Shown: piece after piece, positions 51,077 through 63,054 of the stretch
Layout: every line of letters begins with the position of its first letter
How positions within the stretch are numbered: the first letter of the stretch is position 1
Origin: Macrostomum lignano
Taxonomy: Eukaryota
Direction: 5' to 3'
NCBI GenBank assembly: GCA_002269645.1
Contig: NIVC01000814.1
Span: 248,001 to 312,000 of the forward strand
DNA length: 64,000 nt
The notes under the pieces: generated by a model
Database searches by the model: none
Told to the model about the DNA's origin: nothing
The model's input: only the letters and a program-made list of their open reading frames with translations
Program-made: the position numbers and the translations under genes

Positions 51077-51113
51077 CAAGGACGACTTAAGTAGACTACT
51101 TAAGTCGTCCTTG
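51077..51113. mobile_element. 37-bp perfectly palindromic insertion with an 8-bp target duplication
   Basis: CAAGGACGACTTAAGTAG-A-CTACTTAAGTCGTCCTTG flanked by GTACATGT at 51069-51076 and 51114-51121. Confidence 0.7.
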
Positions 51114-52162
51114 GTACATGTACATGCATATGGCCAATGAACAATAGACAGATGAACTTGCCGACTTAATCTCTCAGAGTCGGTGGCTCTTCATATGTAC
51201 AAAAGACAAAATATGCTGTTCGTTATTTGCTGTATTGCTAACTATAACTTTTACCTAATATATTGCTTGATGTTAGAATGTAGGCTAGGCCTAATTAAGA
51301 TCCTTGCTTGAAGATCTGGTGTACATCTACATGTATGTACTGATGTACCTGTGGCTGTACCATACCATACCTGGCATACCACATGATTATGGTATACCAT
51401 ACCACAACCACAAGGCATAAGCAATTTAAAGGTGCATTAGCTGTGTTGCAATGCAATGCTAGTATTAGATTTTGCCACAGTGTCATATGATGTCCTAGCT
51501 TGGAAAATTAAAAAGTGTAGCACAAGAATGCCATGCCATTATGTCAATGTCAATGAAAATGAAATAATTTTATTAAATCTAAAATTCAAAATTGCACTGG
51601 ATGGCATTTACAAAAGAGCTAGGCCTAGTTAGTCTGATAGGCATAGGGAGGGACAAGGTAAGGGTATTAGGGATTAGGTAGCAAGGTCAGTAGCCTATGC
51701 TATGTCTATGACAAACAAAAGAAGCTATAGGCCTAATCAAATAAAAAATATGTGGCTAGGACTAGGCCTGCAGGCTGCAGCCTACTTTGCTCAATAGCAA
51801 TAAGGCCATAGGGGCCTATTGTATTGTCTCAATTGAATATTGCTCACTTATAAATAGGTATAGGCCTTATTTGCCATTGCTAACTAGGCTTAAGGTAGGG
51901 TAGTAGGGTCTAATTATGTTTAATAGGCCCTAGGCCTAGTTCCCTAGTAATTTTTTTTGGAAAATTGGAAGTATTTTATAAACCTAAACTTGAAAAAGTA
52001 CACATACATATTTTTATATATCTATATTTTGCTTTAAAAAAATCTTAAATTTATTAGGCTTAGGCCTATATTACCAAATTTTCTACGGTTTAGGTTGAGG
52101 CCTACTTAAAACCAATATACCACTTAAATTGATGCTGGCTTAAAAAGGTAATAGTTTAGGCC

Positions 52163-52895
52163 CCATAGTCAGGAAGGTGGCAGAGTGTGCGCCGGAACAA
52201 ATTTTGGCCTCTCCCAAAATTGTGCGCCGTGCGCCGACACAAAAACCCTCGTGTGCGCCGTTGTGCGCCCGCCACTACCTGCCTTGCGACAATAAAAGAC
52301 CTTTTTTTACAACATAGCAACAATTTTTGTGCGCCAATATTTTCAATAAACGTTACACGAGAGTCGAGTCACGAGACAAGAGAATATAATGGTTAATACG
52401 GGACGGTTACGGGCTATCTATATTATGAGAAATTGAGATCGTTAAACCGAAAATAGAAATTTAAAAAATTTTTAATTTAATTTCTAATTTTTAAAACAAA
52501 ACAAACATAAAAAGTAAGCAAATGGCAAAAACAAAGGTAAAAAGGAAAAGGAAAATATTTTATTTTATTTTTTATTTTTTGGTAGAATGCAGTGTTACAT
52601 TAGATAGAACAGTGAATAGTGTACTGTAACAAGTAACGACTTACATCGTTACATGGGATCGCCACAAGGGTAACGCTGCATGTGGCGCGGCGCCCGTCGC
52701 GCCGCGCCGCCCGCCGCGCCGCGCCGCCATGCGCCGGTGTCCTCTGGTGTGCGCCGTTGTGCGCCGCTGTGCGCCAGTGCGCCGCTGTGCGCTGTTGTGG
52801 CGCACCGCTGTGCGCCGCTGTGCGCCGTTGTGTGCCCAAAAAGGGCTTGTGTGCGCCGGAATTTTCCGACCAAACTGCCACCTTCCTGACTATGG
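52163..52895. mobile_element. 733-bp MITE (hAT- or P-like)
   Basis: Perfect 21-bp TIR CCATAGTCAGGAAGGTGGCAG (52163-52183, 52875-52895); TSD TTTAGGCC (52155-52162, 52896-52903); subterminal GTGCGCC arrays; no coding capacity. Confidence 0.9.
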
Positions 52896-54359
52896 TTTAG
52901 GCCCAATATAATAATAAATAGGCCTAAAATAAGCCTAATAACAATAATGCAATATCAATAGGCATAGACCTATCATTAAACAATAATGTTTTAATTTAAA
53001 TTCATTTGATTATGATTGGTTATTTAAAATGTTTTATATTATATATATTTATTATTAGGCCTATAATATAAGATTGGTATGCAAGGAGGCATGTCAATCA
53101 AATTTATTTAAAGACTAGCTTAATATTATTAAATTAGCATAAAAACCTTCTTACCAATGACAGTGTAGAAAATCTACCTATTATCTTAGTTTTTATTTCA
53201 TTTTTAGTTATTATCATTATTATCAATTCATTTTTATTTTTAGTATATTTGATTACCATTTTAGAAAATTATTTTGTGACCTATTATAAATATTTTATAG
53301 GCCTAAATAGTTAGACTAAGGCCTACTATACATAAAAATATTTTAAGAAAAACATTTATAGGCATAGGCCTAACAATAAAAGCTAATTAGCGAAAACAAA
53401 AATTTCAATAATAAGCTCATTGTTCAAAGAGGTTTCTAAATGATTAGAAGTTAATGGCAAATGTTAAAATAAAATAAACATTTAAGCAAGGTCTTAAGCA
53501 AGATATTTTAGTTGGCTATATTTATGATTTCTTTAAGTCTATATAATATACAAGTGTATTATAAATAAAAAACCAATTATATAGGGTTATGAAAGTCAAT
53601 AATTAAGTCATTATAGAAAAGAATAACTCTTAAATTATTTACTACTGTCTAATTTGAAGATGCTTTAGACTTAAAGAAAAAGCCCATTTTAATCAATGTT
53701 TAAAGCTAAAATTAAACTTATTTAGTTATTTATAGTTAACAATAATATATATTGAATATTCTGTTCTATTGTGCAACTAATTGTTCTCTAATAAACCATA
53801 GGCCTAAACAAAGTTAAGTAGGCCTAGTAGATAAATTATAAATAATATAATCTTTAGTTTTAATAGCCTTTCATCATATAGAATTCTTTTAAATTTGAAA
53901 TTTTAATACATAAAAATGACAAGAATTCTTCAACTACAAGTCAAAAGCAGAATAGTGAATTATAAAATTTAAAAAAAATGATAGGAATGTAAGTATCAAC
54001 TCTACGATAAATGGATTATATTGTTACTATAAAAGTAATTTGGGGCCTATACATGCTTTCTATGACTGTCTGAAAGTCATAGAATTGCTGGGCCAGCCTG
54101 AGTTTTAATCTGCTTAGTTTTGATGCCATATGTCTCAATATTATAAAAATATAAGTTATAAGATGATAATTTTTTTTCTTAAACTCAAAATATTTAGATA
54201 TTTAATGAGATATACATTGTAATATCATGCTTTTAGCATATTAAATATTTTATACTTGATTGGTAGGTTCCTACCAATGGCAGTATAGGCTTCATGATAA
54301 TAATATATTCAAACTTCAGCCATGCTTGACATATGCTTTGGGCTAATTCATGAAAACAA

Positions 54360-56326
54360 ATGGCAGAAGATTCTTTGTCTGCAACAGCATCTGCAAGAGA
54401 GCAGACAGGACTGTCTAGTTCTATAGAGTCTGCTGAAAGGGCAGTAATTGAGGGCTGGATTCAAGTACAAGGTTTCCTTGGTCAACGATGGAGCAATCGT
54501 TATGCTCAATTATTTTCCAATGGCCAATTTCTTGTCTACAAAAAGAAATCAAACAGCCCTGAGTTGGATGACTTGTTGCTTCTGCAACAATTAGATTTGA
54601 CTAAATGCGACCTGAAGACCTTTGATGACACTGCTGATGAGAAAGAATTTCAGTTTAGCATTCTGCCTACAACTGGTGAGGTTGTGTTCCAAGCACTCCT
54701 TTGTAGCTTTTCATATTTTATGCTCAACATCTGTCTCAAGTTGCTTTGGCCAGCATTCCAGATTCCCAGTTGCTAGGCCAGTCTCACAGATCCTGAGTTG
54801 CTCGGCCAGTCTCCCAGATCCTCAGTTGCTGGGGCAGCCTCCCAGATCTTCAGTTGCTGGGCCAGCATCCCAGATCCTCAGTTACTGGGCCAGCCTCTCA
54901 GACCCTCAGTTGCTGGGCCAGCCTCCCAGATCATCAGTTGCTGGGCCAGCCTCCCAGATCTTCAGTTGCTGGGCCAGCCTCCCAGACATACATGCGCAAC
55001 AGTCGGCCGAGTCGGCCGATCCGGCCGACCGATTTGGCGGCCAACCAAGGAAGTCGCAAAAATGCCGACCCGAAAAAAAACCTAGTAGTACTAAGTAGCT
55101 GACGAGGCATTTTGGCTTTATAAGACAGTCATAGTTACTTCTGCCGTTTACCCAGAGTTGCGTTAATTTTGCTTTCGGGTTTTTTTACATGTAAGTCGCA
55201 TTTTTGGCCAAAAACTACGTCGCATTTTTGTTAAAACTAAGTCGCACGGCCGACCAAAATTTGGAGGTTGCGCATGTGTGCTCCCAGATCCTCAGTTGCT
55301 GGGCGAGCCTCCCAGTGTCAGTTGCTGGACCAGCCTCCCAGATCCTCAGTTGCTCGGCCAGCCTCTCAGATCCTCAGTTGCTGGGCCAGCCTCCCAGATC
55401 CTCAGTTGCTCGGCCAGCCTCCCTCATCCTCAGTTGCCGGGCCATCCCTCTAGATACTCTACTCAGCTGTTCCAACATTCCGCCTACAACAAGCCCATAA
55501 TATAACAAAGACTTCACCCGCCAATTGCTACAAAGACTCCTCAGCCGCAGCGTCAGCGCCTACTCCGCTAACAATTCGCGTGAGCTCGCGTCCCCAGTTG
55601 AAACGCTGGCTAGTGCAGCTCTACTTGGTTGCCTACGCCAGCCGCGGCGGTGTAGCATTCGGCCAGCCGCTGTCCGAGGTCATGACCCGTCAGGTGGCCG
55701 CCGGTGGCCAGGCTTACCTGCCCCGCCTAGTAGGCGACTGCCTTGACCGACTGTCCCTGCTGCTCACGCCGGAGTCTTGCCAATCGCCAATCCGGTTGCG
55801 CGCAAGCGGACGCGCCTCGTCTGTGCGCCAATTGAAACGCGCCTATCAGCGCGGCGACCGGGTCCGGCCGCTCGAGTTCTCCGCTAACGACGCCGTCTCG
55901 TTGCTCCGATTGTATCTGGCCGAATTGCCCGAGCCAGTGGTGCCGGCCAAGGTTCGGGCCGAACTGCTGGCGCGTTGTTCCACGTCTTTGCGGCGAAAGA
56001 GCGGCGGGAGCGTGCTGCTTGGGATGGCCGGCAGTGATCAGCTGCAGTTGGCTTCTGAAGCGTCACAGAAAGAGAAAGATGATTTTTCTACTGGTAAGGT
56101 GCTTTTATATTGTCTATATAGTCTTTTATATACTACTAGTGACTGGTATTTACTCGTAGATATTTAGTTAGTTAGCTAGCTAGTTAGTCAGTTAGCTATT
56201 TAGTTAGTAAGTTAGTCAGTCAGTTAGCTAGTTAGTCAGTTGGTTAGTTAGTTAGTTAGTTAGTTAGTCAGTTAGCTAGTTAGTTAGTTAGTAAGTTAGT
56301 CAGTCAGTTAGCTAGTTAGTCAGTTG

Positions 56327-56371
<45 letters not shown>

Positions 56372-56466
56372 CTAGTTAGTCAGTTAGCTAGTTAGTTAGT
56401 TAGTTAGTTAGTTAGCTAGTTAGTCAGTTGGTTAGTTAGTTAGTTAGTTAGCTAGTTAGTCAGTTG

Positions 56467-56499
<33 letters not shown>

Positions 56500-56516
56500 C
56501 TAGTTAGTCAGTTAGC

Positions 56517-56547
<31 letters not shown>

Positions 56548-57774
56548 CTAGTTAGTCAGTTGGTTAGTTAGTTAGTTAGTTAGCTAGTTAGTCAGTTGGT
56601 TAGTTAGTTAGTTAGTTAGTTAGACAGTCAGTTAGTTAGTTAGTCAGTCAGCTATTCAGTTAGACAGTCAGTTAGTTAGTTAGTCAGTCAGCTATTCAGT
56701 TAGTTAGTTAGTTAGTTATTTAGCATTAGCTATTTATCAGTTAGAGTTAGTAAGTTATTTGTTTAGTTAGTTAGCTCGATAGCTATTGGAAGTTTATTAG
56801 TACTTCCGTTAGATATAGTCCTAACGGAATTCCCCGTACTGTAGTTTCCAGGGCAACTGATCTACTTCGAATTGATCATTTTAATAAAAAGAACCCTTAG
56901 GATAATATTTCTTCTACATGACTTCGCTATTAGGATAGCACTTGCAGATTCTTAAAAACCAAATCCTAAGATAAAGCGTTTCCCATAATCCCATTGATTT
57001 CATTGCGCAGCCGCTAATCGCCTATTGAAACCGGTGGATCAAGGCGGCCTGATGCCTCCAGAGAACCTGAACTTGCTGCTGGCTCTGTGCCGCTATATGC
57101 GCCGTCAAGTGGACTCTGGTTTAGAGACTGTGGACTCCTTATCCGGTCAGTTTGCTGCTAGTCTGTTCTCAGCTCGAATAGACACTACTAGTTGCTATGA
57201 CAACGATACAGATACTACGGACAAAGCCGGTGGAAACTTCATCACTCGTACCATTCGCAGTAGAACAAATCGTACTCGATCGGCGTCCTGTTTTGATGCA
57301 ACAATTTTAGTCAAAGCTGCGGAAGAAATTGCTAACGATTCGACAGTTTTAGCCAATTTGATTGAACGATTTGACCAAGTGTTTGCTGGATTATGTATGA
57401 CTAAGATTCTGTCGCCGTTGTTGGAGACTAAGCGGGATTCTGTTGCTACGCTGAGTTCCCCGCCTGTTGATGTCTCAGCTGCGACAGTGCTGCTATTGAG
57501 ACTGCTGGCTAAACGGGAGTCTGAAGTTACACATCTAGAGAGAGAATTGAAATCAACAAAATTATTGTTAGATTCGAGGCATTGCGCAGAAGGACAGCAT
57601 GAGATTGATAAAGACACTTTGATGACAGCATCGGCTGAAGGTTGCGACGATTGCCAGCCGATGAGGGAGTTCAGCTCCATCCTCAACTCTCGCTTGGATG
57701 CCATGATGGAGGAGTTTGATGCTTTAGCGACTAGGAATTTGGTATTAGTGTCCTGTTTGGCTAATAAGTTCTGA
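54360..57774 (+). CDS. PH + RhoGAP + coiled-coil protein (ARHGAP22/24/25-like architecture), ~568 aa, 3 exons
   Basis: Exons 54360-54675, 55467-56093, 57011-57774 (phases 1,1; total 1707 nt). PH: EGWIQVQG...WSNRYAQL...LKRWLVQL; GAP: FGQPL, LPRLVGDC, LRASG, SLLRLYLAELPEPVV, MPPENLNLL; C-terminal heptads. The last exon might instead splice at 57742. Confidence 0.8.
54750..55440. repeat. 28-bp intronic minisatellite interrupted by a MITE
   Basis: Unit CCCAGATCCTCAGTTGCTGGGCCAGCCT on both sides of 54987-55280. Confidence 0.9.
54987..55280. mobile_element. 294-bp MITE (hAT-like)
   Basis: TIR CATACATGCGCAAC / GTTGCGCATGTGTG (13 of 14 match); 8-bp TSD CTCCCAGA (54979-54986, 55281-55288). Confidence 0.85.
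56165..56775. repeat. (TTAG)n microsatellite
   Basis: In RhoGAP intron 2. Confidence 0.95.
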
Positions 57775-57844
57775 CTCTTCTGCTGATTTGTTGCTGGCTC
57801 CAAATTTCAGTTCAGGTTCCGCTGACACTATATTGTGCTGTATA

Positions 57845-58154
57845 GTGTCAGGCAGACAGAAGGACAGACGGAAAGACAGGCAGACGGGTAGAGAGACAGA
57901 CCGACACTAAGGAGACAGACAGACACTAAGACAGACAGACAGATACTAAGACAGACATATAGACAGACAGACAGACAGACAGGCGGACAGACAGATACTA
58001 AGACAGACAGATAGACAGACACTAAGACAGACAGACAGATACTAAGACAGACAGATAGACAGACAGACAGACAGACAGGCGGACAGACAGATACTAAGAC
58101 AGACATAGACAGACACTAAGACAGACACTAAGACAGACACTAAGGCAGACCTTA

Positions 58155-58193
<39 letters not shown>

Positions 58194-58300
58194 GGTCTGT
58201 CTTAGTATCTGTCTTAGTATCTGTCTTAGTATCTGTCTTAGTGTCTGTCTGTCTGTCTTAGTGTCTGTCTAAGACAGACAGACAGACACTAAGACAGATG
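57845..58300. repeat. GACA/CTAA array with an internal inversion
   Basis: Orientation flips at ~58151 and back at ~58270. Confidence 0.85.
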
Positions 58301-59109
58301 AACACGCAAAGTCGGGCAGACTTAGAGTTTGATAATTTGTTCTTTACAATGTTTTTTGCGCTACAAATCGGTCATTGGGCTGGTGCGAATTCATATTATC
58401 CGCAATATTGTCGTTTGTCGCTAATAAATTTGTGGTCTGTAAAGTTTTTTACACTACATATCGGTCGAGAGGGATAAATGTGATTTTTCATATATGACAC
58501 TGAAATTGACTGAATCGATGAACGAATTAGTGCTTTAATGTATTTTATCGTTGCATATCGGTAGGTGCTTCCCTTTTTTCGACGCCGTTTTTTAATCAAT
58601 TTTTTGTATGTAAGTTACACGTCATTAGCTTCCATGACAACGAATCAACATATCGAGTTTATTTCATTGTTTTCGCTTCTGTGCTGTTAATTTTTGTGCA
58701 ATTGTTTTTTGACTAAAAAGGCAATGTTTTTAAAAAAAAGGATTTATCAAATTTTTACTAAATTTAACATTCCCTCTTGACTTTGGATTTTCCAAGATCA
58801 ATCAGAAATATACTCATTCACGTTCCATTTATTAACGATTTTTTGCCTTTTCTGCTTTATTTTTTAATAGAATACTACTTATAGTAGATAAAGTTTGATT
58901 TCATTTAAAAAGTAATTCGATTAGTCATTAATTTAACCTTGAATGCTACCTAAGGTAGTATTATTCTACTTGAATATCTCGCCTTGTACCCCTACCATTC
59001 CAGCCATGAGTTGACACAAAAGAGCCATATCAAGTATCGAGTTGTACTTTTCATCTCTGGTACAGAATATTCCAATTCAATTCGAAAGAGTAAAGTGAAA
59101 TCTTAACTC

Positions 59110-62100
59110 ATGGACAGTTCGACAGAGCAGCGGTTGAGAGTGGAGTTTCCTCACGCCAGCCCAGATCTGATTCGCAATCTGTTGCAGGTGATTACTGTAA
59201 AAATTTACTTTGCCTTTAGTTAACTATTGAGATAATTAAGGTGGTAGGTGTGTTTGTATGCTTAGATTTGATAATTTAGGTGCCCGAGATTAGCTAGTTA
59301 TCGGCTTGCTTTGTATGAGGCGTTAGGGTCACTTTAGAGTGTCCGAATTTGAATTGTTCTAGACTGTATCGCTTTAAGGTGTCCGAGATTGTATTTGCTT
59401 TGAAGTGTCTGAGATTGTTTTGCTTTGGAGTGTCCGCGATTGTATCGCTTTGGAGTGTCCGCGATTTTATCGCTTTGGAGTGTCCGAGATCCGTGAAAAG
59501 GTGACCGAGCTTTGGACACTCGGCTTTTGGGTGCCCGAGATTATGTCTATTATTGGTGTCCGAGATTGTTACTATAATTGGTGTCCGAGATTATGTCACT
59601 ATAATTGGTGTCCGAGATTATGTCGCTATAGTTGGTGTCCGATATTATGTCACTATAATTGGTGTCCGAGATTATGTCACTATAATTAGTGTCCGAGATT
59701 ATGTCACTTTAATTGATGTCCGAGATTATGTCACTATAATTGGTGTCCGAGATTATGTCACTTTAATTGATGTCCGAAATTATGTCACTATAATTGGTGT
59801 CCGAGATTATGTCACTTTAATTGATGTCCGAGATTATGTCACTATAATTGGTGTCCGAGATTATGTCACTTTAATTGATGTCCGAGATTATGTCACTATA
59901 ATTGGTGTCCGAGATTATGTCACTTTAATTGATGTCCGAAATTATGTCACTATAATTGGTGTCCGAGATTATGTCACTATAATTGGTGTCCGAGATTATG
60001 TCACTATAATTGGTGTCCGAGATTATGTTACTTTAATTGATGTCCGAGATTGTCACTTTAATCCCCATATAAGACTAGTTGTGAATAAAAACTGAGCACA
60101 ATACTACGAGTATAAATACACCAAAGCTCTGCCCCTACTAAAATTCCTATCTTTACTACTCAAACTGGCAGAGCGGTATCGGTCTTGAAGCCTGTCGAGT
60201 CGCTTTACGCATTCCGAACGGCGGCGGAGGCGGCGGCGGCGGCATGCCTCGGTGGCCTCCAAGCAGTCAGCCAAATTTATTGAGCCAAAGCGGAGACCGA
60301 GGCAGCGGCGACGGTCTTCTCAGTTTAGACACAGAAAATTTGCCACACGATACGGAAATGCAGCGCTATTTGCAGCCTCACAGCCCGTTAACTAGTAATA
60401 GTAGTTCTCCTCTGAGACCTGTGCCTCCTGCTCACCAGCCGCCTCCGCCGACTTCGTCTCATTCTGCTAGGTCGCCTGCGCCTTCTTTTGCTGCCTGCCC
60501 AACATCCCCGGAGACTGCGCATTGTGAGTTTTTGTTAGCTAGATGGCACTTGACCGCTCTTGTGGTCCGGGGTTCGATTCTACACCGATTCGGATGCTCC
60601 GACTGACCGCCTACTTATTCCCAGATCCTCAGGCTGAGCAACTACTTGTTTCCCAGATCCTCAGGCTGAGCAACTACTTGATTCCCTGATCCTCAGGCTG
60701 AGCAACTACTTGATTCCCTGATCCTCAGGCTGAGCAACTACTTGTTTCCTTGATCCTCAGGCTGAGCAACTACTTGTTTCCTTGATCCTCAGGCTGAGCA
60801 ACTACTTGTTTCCTTGATCCTCAGGCTGAGCAACTACTTGATTCCCTGATCCTCAGGCTGAGCAACTACTTGATTCCCTGATCCTCAGGCTGAGCAACTA
60901 CTTGATTCCCAGATCCTCAGGCTGAGCAACTACTTGATTCCCAGATCCTCAGGCTGAGCAACTACTTGTTTCCTTAATCCTCAGGCTGAGCAACTACTTG
61001 TTTCCCTGATCCTCAGGCTGAGCAACTACTTGTTTCCTTGATCCTCAGGCTGAGCAACTACTTGATTCCCTGATCCTCAGGCTGAGCAACTACTTGATTC
61101 CCTGATCCTCAGGCTGAGCAACTACTTGATTCCCTGATCCTCAGGCTGAGCAACTACTTAATTCCCTGATCCTCAGGCTGAGCAACTACTTGATTCCCTG
61201 ATCCTCAGGCTGAGCAACTACTTGATTCCCAGATCCTCAGGCTGAGCAACTACTTAATTCCCAGATCCTCAGGCTGAGCAACTACTTGATTCCCAGATCC
61301 TCAGGCTGAGCAACTACTTGTTTCCTTGATCCTCAGGCTGAGCAACTACTTGATTCCCTGATCCTCAGGCTGAGCAACTACTTGTTTCCTTGATCCTCAG
61401 GCTGAGCAACTACTTGATTCCCTGATCCTCAGGCTGAGCAACTACTTAATTCCCTGATCCTCAGGCTGAGCAACTACTTGATTCCCAGATCCTCAGGCTG
61501 ACCGCCTACTTGTTTCCTTGATCCTCAGGCTGAGCAACTACTTGATTCCCTGATCCTCAGGCTGAGCAACTACTTGATTCCCAGATCCTCAGGCTGAGCA
61601 ACTACTTGATTCCCTGATCCTCAGGCTGAGCAACTACTTGATTCCCTGATCCTCAGGCTGAGCAACTACTTGATTCCCTGATCCTCAGGCTGAGCAACTA
61701 CTTGTTTCCTTGATCCTCAGGCTGAGCAACTACTTGATTCCCAGATCCTCAGGCTGACCGCCTACTTGTTTCCTTGATCCTCAGGCTGAGCAACTACTTG
61801 ATTTCCTGATCCTCAGGCTGAGCAACTACTTGATTCCCTGATCCTCAGGCTGAGCAACTACTTGATTCCCTGATCCTCAGGCTGAGCAACTACTTGATTC
61901 CCTGATCCTCAGGCTGAGCAACTACTTGATTCCCTGATCCTCAGGCTGAGCAACTACTTGATTCCCAGATCCTCAGGCTGAGCAACTACTTGATTCCCAA
62001 ATCCTCAGGCTGAGCAACTACTTAATTCCCAGCATTCTCCCACATTGTCCCTGTTTTCAGTGAGCCTCCAACAAAAGCGGCTTCATCATCTGCAGTGCCA

Positions 62101-62534
62101 GCGCCGGACATCCAGTCAGCAGCTGTTCAAGCTGCAGTCGGATCTATCCAACATGCGCGACCTGCTCCAAGCGCTGCAGACCTGCCATCGGAATCGGGAC
62201 AGGCACGCCGCCGGCATCAACAGCGACTGCTGCTTCGAGGTTTTGGTCAACGAGCTACGCTACGAGCTGCGTCGTTCGTGTCCGCCGCCGCCCAGTCTTC
62301 ATCCTGCGACCTCTGCAGCCCAACGGCAACAGCCGCCTCCCCTGCCTCCTCCACGACTCCAGCAGCAGCCGTCGTTGACTTCCCTCTCGTCAGTGTCGTC
62401 GAATGCCTCTTCAAATGCTGCCGGGAATTCGCCCGCTACCAGTGAGCGGCTGCAGCATCAGCATCAGCACCGGTACCTGCACCAGGTGTCCAGCCCGGCT
62501 GGGCCACAGCACGGCACCAGACAGCAACCGGGTG

Positions 62535-62619
<85 letters not shown>

Positions 62620-62711
62620 GGCAGGCAGGCAGGCAGGCAGGCAGACAGAAACTTAAGACAAACACTAAGACAGACAGACAGACAGACAGACAGACAGGCA
62701 GGCAGGCAGGC

Positions 62712-62778
<67 letters not shown>

Positions 62779-62995
62779 GAGACAGACAGACAGACAGAGA
62801 GACAGACAGACAGACAGATAGACAGACAGACAGACAGAGAGACAGACAGACAGAGACAGGCAGACAGACAGGCAGACAGAGAGACAGGCAGACAGACAGA
62901 CAGACAGACAGGCAGACAGGCAGACAGAGAGACAGGCAGATAAAGAGACAGACAGACAGACAGACAGACAGAGACAGACAGACAGACAGACAGGC

Positions 62996-63054
<59 letters not shown>

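Noticed and set aside
59116-59187. Reading this exon as a fourth RhoGAP exon (FDRAAVESG... frame)
   Set aside because: The other frame gives a CUE motif from its own ATG and splices in phase into the TAB2-like exons.
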